From: an uncultured Verrucomicrobiae bacterium | Lineage (GTDB): Bacteria > Verrucomicrobiota > Verrucomicrobiia > Limisphaerales > Palsa-1400 | Reading direction: 5' to 3' | Assembly (NCBI GenBank): GCA_963764165.1 | Contig: CAVXRD010000002.1 | Coordinates: forward strand, 1,760,001 to 1,824,000 | Length of the DNA stretch: 64,000 bases | Part shown: positions 51,240-60,484 of the stretch, one piece after another | Position numbering within the stretch: position 1 is the stretch's first letter | Layout of the letters: each line of letters opens with the position of its first letter | Translations under genes and position numbers: made by a program | Notes under the pieces: model-generated | Database searches by the model: none | What the model saw: the letters and a program-made list of their open reading frames with translations, nothing else | What the model was told of the DNA's origin: nothing

Positions 51240-53543
51240 ATGAACGTATTCCATCGCAAGTTTCTTGTATGCGCCGCCGTTCCGCTGTCGTCAGCCATCC
51301 TTGCGGCTTCCTTGCATGCCGAGATTCCACGCCCAGAGCACCCACGTCCGGACGCCTTCCGCGCCAACTGGATTTCGCTCAACGGAGAATGGCAATTTGA
51401 AATTGACGACAGCGACAACGGCAATTCGCGCGGGCTTTATTCTGGCCACGATCTGGATTCCAAAATCGTCGTGCCATTCTGCCCCGAAAGCAAATTATCC
51501 GGGCTGGGCCACTACGGCATCATGAAGCACACATGGTATCGGCGCGTCTTCGAGGTGCCGCCCGCCATGGAAGGCAAACGCGTTCTGTTGCATTTCGGAG
51601 CGGTGGATTATCGGGCGCGCGTGTGGGTCAATGGCGCGGAAGCGGGCTCGCATGTTGGCGGGAGCGTGCCATTTGAGTTCGACGTCACCCATTTGCTCCG
51701 GGGCGGACAGAACGAAGTCGTCGTCCACGTATTTCACGATGTCGCGTCTGGACACGAACCCACAGGCAAGCAAACGCACACAGTCAGCGAAGGTTGCGTC
51801 TACACGCGCACCACCGGAATCTGGCAGCCCGTCTGGCTTGAAGCGGTGGGTTCAAGTTTTGTCAAAACTATTTCTATTGTGCCGGACCTGGATAATTCCA
51901 GTGTCTCCATTGATGCCGAGATCGATGGGCCGGCGGACGGGCTTGCTTTCAAGGCGGAAGCGCTGGCTGGCGGGAAAAGCGTGGGTTCGGCTTCCATGCT
52001 GGCTGGCGGCGGCCCGCTGCACCTTGCCGTCAACCTCAGCGAAAAGCATTTGTGGGAGCCGGCTTCGCCCTTTTTGTACGACTTGAAATTCACTTTGACG
52101 CGCGGAACGGAAACCGTCGACGAAATGTCGAGCTACTTTGGCTTGCGCAGCGTCAAGATCGACGGCCGTTCAATTCTCGTGAATGGCAAGCGCATTTTCC
52201 AGCGGCTGATTCTCGACCAGGGATTTTACCCGGACAGCGAATGGACGGCCCCCTCGGACGCGGAATTGAAGCGCGACATCGAGCGTTCGATGGCCGCCGG
52301 ATTCAATGGCGCGCGATTGCACCAAAAAGTGTTTGAGCCGCGCTATCTCTATTGGGCCGACAAGCTCGGCTACCTCGTTTGGTCTGAGTTTCCAAACTGG
52401 GGTTTCGATTTCCTCCCGCAGGATTACGCCAAATACACCAACGAATGGCGCGAAGCCATGCTGCGCGACCGGAATCATCCGTCCATCATCGGCTGGTGCC
52501 CTTTCAATGAAACGCCTGCCAAGGCGGGCGAACTTCAGGCGATCGTCTGGCAGCAAACGCGCGAATTGGATCCGACGCGCCCGGTGCTGGAAACGAGCGG
52601 CTGGACCCACACCGTGCCCAATCCGCTGGTTCGCGACGATCACGATTACAATCAAGTTCCGGCGGCGTTCAAAAAACGCTGGGAAGATTTTTTTAAAGGC
52701 GACCCGGCAGCGTCCGCGCCCGCCCGGTATGGCGTCAAAAACACGGGCCATTCGGATCGCGGCATTCCATTCATGGTCAGCGAATTCGGCGGCATCGGCT
52801 GGGCCACCGAGGGCGGATGGGGTTACGGCGACGGCCCGAAATCGGAAGCGGAATTTTACACGCGCTACGGCGGCCTGATGGCGGCGCTGCTGGATAATCC
52901 GAACATGTTCGGCTTTTGCTACACGCAACTCACGGACGTCGAGCAGGAGCACAACGGATTGTATTTTTACGACCGCCGCCCAAAGTTCGACCTGGCGAAA
53001 ATTCATGATTCCACGGCGCGCCCGGCGGCTTACGAAACGGCGGGGCCGACCGCGCCTTTGCCATCCGCGAATCTTGCCCGCCATTGGAACGTCCTCGTTG
53101 GCGCCGCCGCCGATGGCGCGCTGGCTAGGCCTTATCGCTGCACCACCAACGAGCCGCCCGCGGATTGGAAATCCGCTGAGGCGGACGATTCGTCCTGGTC
53201 CTCGGACCTCGCGCCTTTCGGCCACGCGCTGCCCGGCGTCCGCACAGCCTGGACGAGCGGCGACATTTGGCTCCGCCAAAAATTCCAATGTGATGAATCC
53301 TCGATTCAAGCGGGCCTGCTGGTCATTTTTTATGATGAAGACACCGAGGTGTACGTGAATGGAGAGCTTGTTTGGAAAGGCACCGGCTTCGCGACAAGCT
53401 ACCAGGCCCACGGCGTGACAGCCAGTCTTCAGAAAGCCTTGCGCAAGGGCGAGAACACTCTGGCCGTCCACACGCATCAAACCACCGGCGGGCAATTTAT
53501 TGACCTGGCGCTTCTGACCGAAGAATCTGGCGCAGCGCGCTAA
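51240..53543 (+). CDS. GH2 glycoside hydrolase (beta-galactosidase/glucuronidase-like)
   Basis: SD GAGGAG; PEHPRP, HFGAVDY, TGIWQPVWLE, LDQG, WCPFNE, SEFGG, YTQLTDVEQE. Confidence 0.9.
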   Translation: MNVFHRKFLVCAAVPLSSAILAASLHAEIPRPEHPRPDAFRANWISLNGEWQFEIDDSDNGNSRGLYSGHDLDSKIVVPFCPESKLSGLGHYGIMKHTWYRRVFEVPPAMEGKRVLLHFGAVDYRARVWVNGAEAGSHVGGSVPFEFDVTHLLRGGQNEVVVHVFHDVASGHEPTGKQTHTVSEGCVYTRTTGIWQPVWLEAVGSSFVKTISIVPDLDNSSVSIDAEIDGPADGLAFKAEALAGGKSVGSASMLAGGGPLHLAVNLSEKHLWEPASPFLYDLKFTLTRGTETVDEMSSYFGLRSVKIDGRSILVNGKRIFQRLILDQGFYPDSEWTAPSDAELKRDIERSMAAGFNGARLHQKVFEPRYLYWADKLGYLVWSEFPNWGFDFLPQDYAKYTNEWREAMLRDRNHPSIIGWCPFNETPAKAGELQAIVWQQTRELDPTRPVLETSGWTHTVPNPLVRDDHDYNQVPAAFKKRWEDFFKGDPAASAPARYGVKNTGHSDRGIPFMVSEFGGIGWATEGGWGYGDGPKSEAEFYTRYGGLMAALLDNPNMFGFCYTQLTDVEQEHNGLYFYDRRPKFDLAKIHDSTARPAAYETAGPTAPLPSANLARHWNVLVGAAADGALARPYRCTTNEPPADWKSAEADDSSWSSDLAPFGHALPGVRTAWTSGDIWLRQKFQCDESSIQAGLLVIFYDEDTEVYVNGELVWKGTGFATSYQAHGVTASLQKALRKGENTLAVHTHQTTGGQFIDLALLTEESGAAR

Positions 53544-53597
53544 TTCATCCAGCAATCGAGGGGATTAAACACGGGCGATGGACGCGGGCCGTCAGGC

Positions 53598-53714
53598 GGA
53601 GCGCGACTGTGTCGCAGACCAGTCGCAGCATGTTGACTTGCAAACCGCGTCCGTGGATCGGCTTGCTGCGGCTGATTCTCCGTCGCTTCGCTCCTCCGAA
53701 CACAGCCGCGCTCC
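53598..53714. repeat. Family A REP doublet, second copy
   Basis: GGAGCGCGACTGTGTCGCAGACCAGTCGCAGC ... GCTGCGGCTG...ACACAGCCGCGCTCC. Confidence 0.75.
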
Positions 53715-53733
53715 ACTCATAGTGATCGGCGCC

Positions 53734-54711
53734 TCACCCACCCTCAAACACTCCGTCCGGCAATTCCCGCACCACGCTCTTGGGGTCTTTGTCGTCGCGC
53801 AAACCGAGAAATACGGGCTGGCGAAGCTTGCCCTCGTTCGTCCATTCGGCGAACTTTATTTGACAGACCAGCTCGGGCTTCAGCCAGGCGCACCGGCGCA
53901 ATTCCGGGCCGCCGAATTCTCCCGCCACGCCGGTCGAGAACGGGCATTTGTTGGCTTTCAGTTTCTCGAATTTTCTGTGGAGTGATTCCAGCAGCGCCTC
54001 GTCAAATCCAGTTCCCACTTTGGAGGCGAAGGTCAGCATTCCATCCTTGTAATATCCAACGAGAAGGGCTCCGAAATGCTGCCGCGAGCCTTTCGGCGCA
54101 GTATAGCCGCCAATGACAAATTCCTGTTCGCCCACCGCCTTGACCTTCAGCCACGACGCGCTTCGCCGGTCCGGTTCATAGATCGAATCCGCGCGTTTGG
54201 CCATGATTCCCTCCAGGCCGAGCTGGCCGACCTCTTTCCAAATCGCCGCCGGAGAGCCGTCCAAGGCCGGGGACACCCGCAATTTGTCACTCCTGCCCCG
54301 CAGCGTTTTTTCCAGCGCTTTCTTCCGCTGCAACAGCGGGAGGCCGGTCAAATCCTTGCCGTCAAGATGAAGCATGTCGAATGCGTAATAGCGGATGCGC
54401 GAGCGGACGCTTTCGTCGCGCCCGCGATTTTGCAGAAGCTGGAACGAAGAGCGGCCCTGGTCATCCAGGGCAATAATCTCGCCGTCTAATATCACGCTCT
54501 CCGCGCGGATTTTCTGAACCTCCTCCACGATGTCCGGATGCTCCGCCGTCAGCTCGCGAGGCTTGCGGGAATAGAGGCGAACACGTTTTCCATCCTTGAT
54601 TGCAATCGCGCGGACACCGTCGAATTTTATTTCAAATATCCATCCCGGCCCTTCCGGCAAGGCGGCGGCCTGGCGGGACTTCATGGGTGGCACAAAGGAG
54701 ACATCTTTCAT
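53734..54711 (-). CDS. ATP-dependent DNA ligase, stand-alone LigD ligase domain
   Basis: EIKFDGVR motif I, LDGEI, FDML, EGIMAK, WLKVK, LRQPVFLGLRDDK. Confidence 0.92.
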   Translation of the reverse strand: MKDVSFVPPMKSRQAAALPEGPGWIFEIKFDGVRAIAIKDGKRVRLYSRKPRELTAEHPDIVEEVQKIRAESVILDGEIIALDDQGRSSFQLLQNRGRDESVRSRIRYYAFDMLHLDGKDLTGLPLLQRKKALEKTLRGRSDKLRVSPALDGSPAAIWKEVGQLGLEGIMAKRADSIYEPDRRSASWLKVKAVGEQEFVIGGYTAPKGSRQHFGALLVGYYKDGMLTFASKVGTGFDEALLESLHRKFEKLKANKCPFSTGVAGEFGGPELRRCAWLKPELVCQIKFAEWTNEGKLRQPVFLGLRDDKDPKSVVRELPDGVFEGG

Positions 54712-55838
54712 TTCTTCTTGACACGCCTGATGCTTTTCTGGAGGAGCTTTTCCAACGGCTCCGCCTGCTGCGCGAGGCGCTTTTGGAGGAAGCCCACGAC
54801 TGCGGCTTCTTCGGGGCGCAGCCGGTGGCGCTTCGCCTTTAGCTCGTGCTCGGCTCGCGCGCGGACGGCTTCAATCGTCGCGCCTTGCAGATAGCCGTTG
54901 AGGATTTCCGGGTGGATGTAGGATTTTTTGCAAATCGCCTTCGTGTTCCCGAGGCGCGCGGCGACGGATTCTATCGCCTGCGCGACATTTTTCTTCGCCT
55001 GGGCCAGCGAATCGAAGGCCGCGAATTCCCGCAGGGCAATTCCAGCCAGCACCGTTCCGGCCCAAGTGCGAAAATCCTTGGCCGTGAAATCGCCGCCAGA
55101 AATTTCCCCGAGATATTCGTTCACGTCTTCGGAGCGGATGTTTTGGCGCTGGCCGCTCTCGTCAATGTATTGAAATAAATCCTGTCCGGGAATATCGCGG
55201 CAGTTCCGCACAATTCGCGCGAGCCGCGCGTCGTGAATTTCCACCTCGTGCTCCTTGCCGCTCTTGCCGCGAAAATGAAATTGAATGGTCGAGCCGCGAA
55301 TGCCGACGTGGCGATTCTTCATGGTCGTCAGGCCATAAGAATGGTTCTCGTGCTCGTATTCCGTGTTGCCCACGCGGATCAAGCTGACTTCCAGCAATTG
55401 CACCACCGCCGCCAGCACTTGCCGTTTCGAGCGGGATGGCGCCTTCAAATCGCGGGCGACCTGGCGGCGGATGCGCGGCAGCGCCTTGGCGAAGGCCAGC
55501 ACGCGGTTGTATTTGGTGTCGTCGCGCGCTTCGCGCCAGCGCGGGTGGTAGCGATACTGTTTGCGCCCGCGATCGTCGCGTCCGGTGGCCTGCAAATGGC
55601 CGTTTTCAACCGGGCAAATCCAGACGTCGCGCCACGCTGGAGGAATGGCCAGCGATTTGATGCGTTTCAGGAGCGGCTCATCTGTGATTTTTTTCCCGTG
55701 CGCATCGAGATATTTGAATCCCTGCCCATTCAAACAGCGGGTGATTCCATCCTGCTCTCCCGTGACATAACGCAGGTGCGCGGTGCGGGCGAACTTCGCC
55801 CCATCGTCAGCCAGCTTTGACCCGCCGTTGTTGTGCAT
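54708..55838 (-). CDS. Bacterial DNA topoisomerase IB
   Basis: IPPAW, GRKQYRYH, RVGN..Y, FRGKSG, AKDFRTW, LGNT..ICKKSYIHP (catalytic Tyr). Confidence 0.95.
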   Translation of the reverse strand: MHNNGGSKLADDGAKFARTAHLRYVTGEQDGITRCLNGQGFKYLDAHGKKITDEPLLKRIKSLAIPPAWRDVWICPVENGHLQATGRDDRGRKQYRYHPRWREARDDTKYNRVLAFAKALPRIRRQVARDLKAPSRSKRQVLAAVVQLLEVSLIRVGNTEYEHENHSYGLTTMKNRHVGIRGSTIQFHFRGKSGKEHEVEIHDARLARIVRNCRDIPGQDLFQYIDESGQRQNIRSEDVNEYLGEISGGDFTAKDFRTWAGTVLAGIALREFAAFDSLAQAKKNVAQAIESVAARLGNTKAICKKSYIHPEILNGYLQGATIEAVRARAEHELKAKRHRLRPEEAAVVGFLQKRLAQQAEPLEKLLQKSIRRVKKK

Positions 55839-55899
55839 GGCTGAATATCACAGCCATGCGGCGCGCGGCAAACGTGGGTGATGGCCCCATGAACGGAGG

Positions 55900-56610
55900 T
55901 TAGAGTGGCGTCACTTTCAAAGTGCGAAAGGCCACTGAGCCGTGATCGCCTTGCACATAAATCGGCCCGGTCGGATGTTCCTTGGCTTTGCGGCTGACGT
56001 TTGTGCCGTGAGCAATTTCAACATTGCTCTGCACCACTGTCCCATTCAATTCCACTTCCACGAATTTTGCGTTCGCGATCTTTTTGCCGGCGGCGTCGAA
56101 ACGCGGGGCGTGAAAAACAATTTTCAGCGTCTGCCATTCGCCGGGCTTCTTGCACGCGTTGGTCGAGGGCGGCGTCTCGCTGTAAACCGCTCCGCAATCC
56201 GTCTTGCCCGGATGCGGATTGCCGTAGCTGTCAAAAATCTGGATCTCGTAAATGTTCTCCAATTTGATGCCGGAATTCGAATCAGTCGAATTGCCCGGCG
56301 TCGATTTTCCAACCATGAACTCCGCCTCAACCATGCAATCCCCAAATTCGGCGATGGACGAAAGGTTTACCGTGCGGTTGGTGTTGATCATGTCGGTGCC
56401 CGGCCCGGAAACTTTCACCCGCGAGGGGTGCTCTTGGTCCCAGACAGCGGTTCCAAAGGTCCATTCGTTTGTTCCTTTGCCAACGACTTTCCATCCGTCC
56501 GTATTTTTGCCGTTGATGAGCGAGACAGATTTGGAGACATCTTGCGCGCGCGAAACCGCGGCGGCGGCCAGCATGAAAATGGCGATGGCGTTGCGAAGAG
56601 AGCAGTTCAT
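55900..56610 (-). CDS. DUF1080 family secreted protein
   Basis: SNSGI, YEIQIFDS, GEWQ, QGDHG.VAFR. Confidence 0.88.
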   Translation of the reverse strand: MNCSLRNAIAIFMLAAAAVSRAQDVSKSVSLINGKNTDGWKVVGKGTNEWTFGTAVWDQEHPSRVKVSGPGTDMINTNRTVNLSSIAEFGDCMVEAEFMVGKSTPGNSTDSNSGIKLENIYEIQIFDSYGNPHPGKTDCGAVYSETPPSTNACKKPGEWQTLKIVFHAPRFDAAGKKIANAKFVEVELNGTVVQSNVEIAHGTNVSRKAKEHPTGPIYVQGDHGSVAFRTLKVTPL

Positions 56611-56740
56611 GCAGCGAGATTGCGACGGACGCGCCGCCTCGTCAACATCGTTCAACCTGCTCGATCAAACAGGGCAAAATGAAGACGTTCGAACTCAAGA
56701 CAAACCGAGGGCGCTGAGATGGGAATTCTATTTGCCTTTC

Positions 56741-56975
56741 TTCTTCGTGTCCTTTGCGTACTTCCTGTTCAATTCTTTTGCCGCTTCTGGCTGGCCCTGA
56801 CGAGTGCCACGCGCGCCGCTCGGCCGCCGGATTTAAACAAGACTTTTCACAGCAAGGACACGAAGGACACGAAGAATCTTGTTTCACGCCTGTCTTGAGG
56901 AGCGACTTATGGATTTGAGATTGCGCAACCCGGGCAGCTTTTCCTCTGCGCTCTCGGTTTTACTCCTGTTCAAAA
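56741..56975. repeat. Cluster of short imperfect intergenic repeats
   Basis: CTTCGTGTCCTTTGCGTACTTCCTGTTCAA, inverted AAGGACACGAAGGACACGAAG, and TTTTACTCCTGTTCAA. Confidence 0.5.
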
Positions 56976-57195
56976 ATCCCTTCCATTGTAACCACTTTTG
57001 GCGGCAGGTTTATTGGTAGTGTCCTAATTTGAAATAGTGCTTTCATCTTGATTGTTATCCGGTCACAATTCAAGGTGTGGGATAATTTCAAAAAAGTCCA
57101 GCCATAAAAATCTTGTCAAGCCCTATTTTCAATAACCAACTTTCACTTGACAGAACCGCCTGCCAGAACGGTGGTAAAATTGCTGCATGATAAAA

Positions 57196-57576
57196 TTATT
57201 GTGGTGGACCTTGGTTTTGGGCGGTATGCTCGCTGGAGCATCGCCAATACGCCGCCTTGCGACCGGGCGGCATTCCCATCATAACCGGATTATGGCGGCA
57301 TTCTTTGCAATACGGGACCGCCTCGAATCCGTTGGCCGTTCGCTTCCACAGCACGCCGCCGAATTCTTTGAAGGCACCAACAATTGGCTGAGAATTCTTA
57401 AACTGTGCGCGAAGCTGGCCATTCTCGATTGCAAGGCGAGACACATCTGCTTCAAGCGAAACAACCTTCTCCGCGAGCAGCAGCGCCTTCTTCTCGAGAA
57501 GATCAACAACGTCTTTTGATAATCCGGCGGTGCTGCCTATGCGAATGATCTCTTTCGCTGTTTCAGCGGCTCCCAT
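57196..57576 (-). CDS. Hypothetical protein, coiled coil plus putative Zn finger
   Basis: Heptad-like N-half; YCKEC...WRC...H. Confidence 0.7.
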   Translation of the reverse strand: MGAAETAKEIIRIGSTAGLSKDVVDLLEKKALLLAEKVVSLEADVSRLAIENGQLRAQFKNSQPIVGAFKEFGGVLWKRTANGFEAVPYCKECRHNPVMMGMPPGRKAAYWRCSSEHTAQNQGPPQ

Positions 57577-57701
57577 AATTTGTCACGTTCATTGGTGTGC
57601 GATTATCAAAGCGCGGCATCCAATAGTCCAATGATTTATTTTGCCGGAGTCTTACATTTAAGACTTGCAAGATCAAGCAAAAATCATAAATGTTTGAACC
57701 A

Positions 57702-57920
57702 ATGAACAATCAATCTGGCCCATTCAAAGGCCCACCCCAGAACGCCAAGCAAAATCTTGAGGCGAAGTTGCTCAAGTTGGAGAAAAAGACATCGGATTTG
57801 GAGAAAAAAGTATCTCCATACGAGGCCAATATAGCGGAAATGAAGGTCGAATTGGCGGCGCAGAAGGCGAAAATAGATAAATTGCTTGCGGCGTTGAGTC
57901 ATAAAAAGGGGGAAGTGTAA
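57702..57920 (+). CDS. Small basic coiled-coil hypothetical protein
   Basis: LEAKLLKLEKKTSDLEKK heptads (alternative start 57690). Confidence 0.55.
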   Translation: MNNQSGPFKGPPQNAKQNLEAKLLKLEKKTSDLEKKVSPYEANIAEMKVELAAQKAKIDKLLAALSHKKGEV

Positions 57921-57998
57921 GAACTAACTCTGACCGCTTTGCGCGATCATCTGAAAAGGAAAGTTCGGAGAGGGGGTCGGCCTCGTCTAGGTATTCGC

Positions 57999-58238
57999 TT
58001 ATTTTGCCGCCACAATCGCAGCCCTAACCGCCGTCTCGGCGTCTTTCACCGGGGGAATCTTCAAGACCGCCACAAAGTTGATTCGCTCATCATTCTTGCC
58101 CTGTCTGGCGCACAGAATGGCATCGCCTTCTGTGAAATAACCACGGAAGCGCCAAACCCGGTTAAGAACATGAGCTTGGCCGGGTTTCGTTTTTATACTC
58201 CCGCAAAAAAAGAATCGCTTTGACTCGGTATTCGGCAT
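57999..58238 (-). CDS. Hypothetical protein, probably a 3' gene remnant
   Basis: The C-terminus FVAVLKIPPVKDAETAVRAAIVA looks protein-like; the 5' part overlaps another ORF. Confidence 0.4.
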   Translation of the reverse strand: MPNTESKRFFFCGSIKTKPGQAHVLNRVWRFRGYFTEGDAILCARQGKNDERINFVAVLKIPPVKDAETAVRAAIVAAK

Positions 58239-58353
58239 CGGCTTTGATGCGTTCAGCGCTGGCTAGGATTGACGCCTGTTCGGCGTTGAATGCCGGTGTT
58301 TCAGTTGTTGAACCATCAACGAATTCAATTAAGAAAACAGATACTAATTCCAT
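58162..58353 (-). CDS. 63-aa hypothetical protein
   Basis: Plausible beta-beta-alpha composition; its ATG abuts the divergent ORF. Confidence 0.35.
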   Translation of the reverse strand: MELVSVFLIEFVDGSTTETPAFNAEQASILASAERIKADAEYRVKAILFLREYKNETRPSSCS

Positions 58354-58605
58354 ATGAATGCTGTTGTTAAATTTGCCAACAAGACTCGCGGAATGTATGC
58401 CGCGAAAGCCGATGAAGGCGGGTTTGTTATTTTTGAACTGATGGATTCTCGCGAGCCACAGATCGGCGATACCGTTTCAGGCTCGTTTCTTTCAATGGGA
58501 AGCGGAACTTACCGCAATCTGACGCAGGGTGAAAAATTTGCAGTCTACACGCAGAACTTCGTAAACACTGTCGAGATGGCCAAGAAACAGTGTTTCTTGG
58601 CGTGA
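58354..58605 (+). CDS. 83-aa hypothetical protein (beta-rich, possibly OB-like)
   Basis: ATG-initiated ORF ending just inside the right TIR. Confidence 0.6.
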   Translation: MNAVVKFANKTRGMYAAKADEGGFVIFELMDSREPQIGDTVSGSFLSMGSGTYRNLTQGEKFAVYTQNFVNTVEMAKKQCFLA

Positions 58606-58697
58606 GTGATCCAATTGTTATCGGATCAAATTAGGACACTACCGGTTTATTCCGATCTTGGGTTGCAAAAGCCGTGAATGGGCCTACTGTGTTTTAC

Positions 58698-60425
58698 ATG
58701 GCAGAGTCCAAGAAGAAGTCCGCCGGTTCAGGTTCCGCAGCCAAGTCCCACCCCGCAGAAAGTTCGCCTCCACCGCAGCCGCCTGCGCCTTCCGTCGAAG
58801 AACTGATTCTCTCCCGCGAGCAACTGGAGGGTCTCTCGCTTTTGCAATTGGTGGACATGATCGTGTCAAAGCTGCCGCCGCGCCATTCGGCCATCATGGA
58901 CATGGTTTATTTGCGGGATCGAGTGGCGGAAGTGGAGGAGATCAATGACCAGGCGCGGCAAACGATTGAAAAACTCGATGCGGTCATTGAAAAGCTTCGC
59001 TCACCCGCCTTTCGTGTTGGAACTTTTCTCATGCCCGTCGAGCCGGACAAAGCCCACGTGTGCGCGGGCGGAACGGATTACGTGTGCCGCATAGACCCGC
59101 AACTGCCGCTGTCCAGCTTGCAAGTGGGGCAGCGCGTGTTGTTGAACGAAGCATTCGCAGTCGTGCTCGGCCTCGGATTTGATCGGAATGGCCCCATCGT
59201 TCGCATTGATGAATTGCTTTCGGGCGGACGTTTGAGGATTGGCCAGGAATCCGGCTTGATGTCCTCTGTTCTGTTGCGTTCCGCTTTGCTGGCCAAGGAA
59301 AAGCTCAAGTCGGGCATGGATGTCCGCCTCGACGCGAATCAACGCGTGGCGCTGGAGGTCATCGGCGTCGGCAAACGCATCGAACGCTCGCTGGAAACAG
59401 TTTCGGCGCTGCCGTGGTCTTCGATTGGCGGCCAGGACGAAGCGGTGCAGGGCATTCGCGATACCATTGAAATGCCGTTCCTCCATCGCGGATTATTCAA
59501 GCGATTCGAGCACACGGTGCCGAAGGGGTTCTTGCTGCACGGCCCGCCCGGTTGCGGCAAGACGCTCCTCGGCAAGGCGACGGCTTACAATTTGCGCCAG
59601 CAAATTCTCGCGGAAACCGGCGTCGACCATCCGGAATTTTTCCTGCACGTCAAAGGCCCGGAGATTCTCAACATGTGGGTCGGCGAATCCGAACGGCAGG
59701 TGCGCGATCTCTTCGCCCAATGCCGCGAGCGCGCCGCCGAAGGTTCGCTTGCGTTCCTGTTCATTGACGAGGCGGAATCGATTCTCGGCACCCGCCGGGC
59801 CGGCCGTTACAGCTCGATTCTCAGCACGCTCGTCCCGATGTTCTGCACGGAGATGGATGGATTGGAGCCGCTGCAAAACGTCGTCGTCATTCTCGCCTCC
59901 AATCGGGCGGATTTGATTGACCCCGCCATTTTGCGTCCTGGAAGAATTGATAGAAAAATCAAAGTCAACCGTCCAAATCAAGAAGGCGCGCAGCGCATTT
60001 ACGAAATTTATTTGAAAGATTCGCTGCCGCTCGCCGAACCGAAAGACGCCATGGCCAAAGCCATTACAGATTTGCATTACGCCAGGACGGTGGAGAACCA
60101 GTTTCTGGAAATCACCTACCGCAGCGGCAAGAAGGATTTTCTCTACCGCGGCGATCTTGCCAGCGGCGCGATCATCGCGGCGATTGTGGAACGGGCCAAG
60201 AGCCTGGCCATCAAGCGCTCGATTGACATCAAGCAGGAGACGCATCTGACCCGCGACGATCTCGCCAACGCCCTGCAAAAAGAATACGCCGAGAACGACC
60301 TGTTCCCGCCGACGGACATCACGGAGGATTGGCTGAAGTTGACGGACTTTGATCCGGAGAACGTCATCAAGCTCGCGCCGATTCGTCCGCGCAAAAAAGA
60401 GCTGATCGGATCGGGGATTGTTTGA
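58698..60425 (+). CDS. arc: Proteasome-associated AAA ATPase (ARC/Mpa family)
   Basis: Coiled coil plus OB interdomain (GQRVLLNE), IGGQD, GPPGCGKT, KGPEILNMWVGESERQVR, FIDEAES, LRPGRIDRKIKV; next to dop. Confidence 0.92.
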   Translation: MAESKKKSAGSGSAAKSHPAESSPPPQPPAPSVEELILSREQLEGLSLLQLVDMIVSKLPPRHSAIMDMVYLRDRVAEVEEINDQARQTIEKLDAVIEKLRSPAFRVGTFLMPVEPDKAHVCAGGTDYVCRIDPQLPLSSLQVGQRVLLNEAFAVVLGLGFDRNGPIVRIDELLSGGRLRIGQESGLMSSVLLRSALLAKEKLKSGMDVRLDANQRVALEVIGVGKRIERSLETVSALPWSSIGGQDEAVQGIRDTIEMPFLHRGLFKRFEHTVPKGFLLHGPPGCGKTLLGKATAYNLRQQILAETGVDHPEFFLHVKGPEILNMWVGESERQVRDLFAQCRERAAEGSLAFLFIDEAESILGTRRAGRYSSILSTLVPMFCTEMDGLEPLQNVVVILASNRADLIDPAILRPGRIDRKIKVNRPNQEGAQRIYEIYLKDSLPLAEPKDAMAKAITDLHYARTVENQFLEITYRSGKKDFLYRGDLASGAIIAAIVERAKSLAIKRSIDIKQETHLTRDDLANALQKEYAENDLFPPTDITEDWLKLTDFDPENVIKLAPIRPRKKELIGSGIV

Positions 60426-60484
60426 CGGCCATTGAGCCATTTCGTCCCGACTAGATAAGCCAGCCCGGGCGAAGAAATGACAAC

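Larger units (their letters stand above)
57015..58643. mobile_element. Non-autonomous TIR-bounded insertion cassette with small passenger ORFs (IS1/IS1595-like ends)
   Basis: Perfect 18-bp TIRs GGTAGTGTCCTAATTTGA / TCAAATTAGGACACTACC; 8-bp direct repeat GGTTTATT (57007-14, 58644-51); visibly more AT-rich; no transposase-sized ORF. Confidence 0.92.

Noticed and set aside
57147..57180. TTGACA...TAAAAT promoter inside the cassette
   Set aside because: The spacer is 22 bp, too long for sigma70
57187..57519. 110-aa plus-strand ORF with a signal-like N-terminus
   Set aside because: Fully antisense to the more protein-like coiled-coil/Zn-finger ORF
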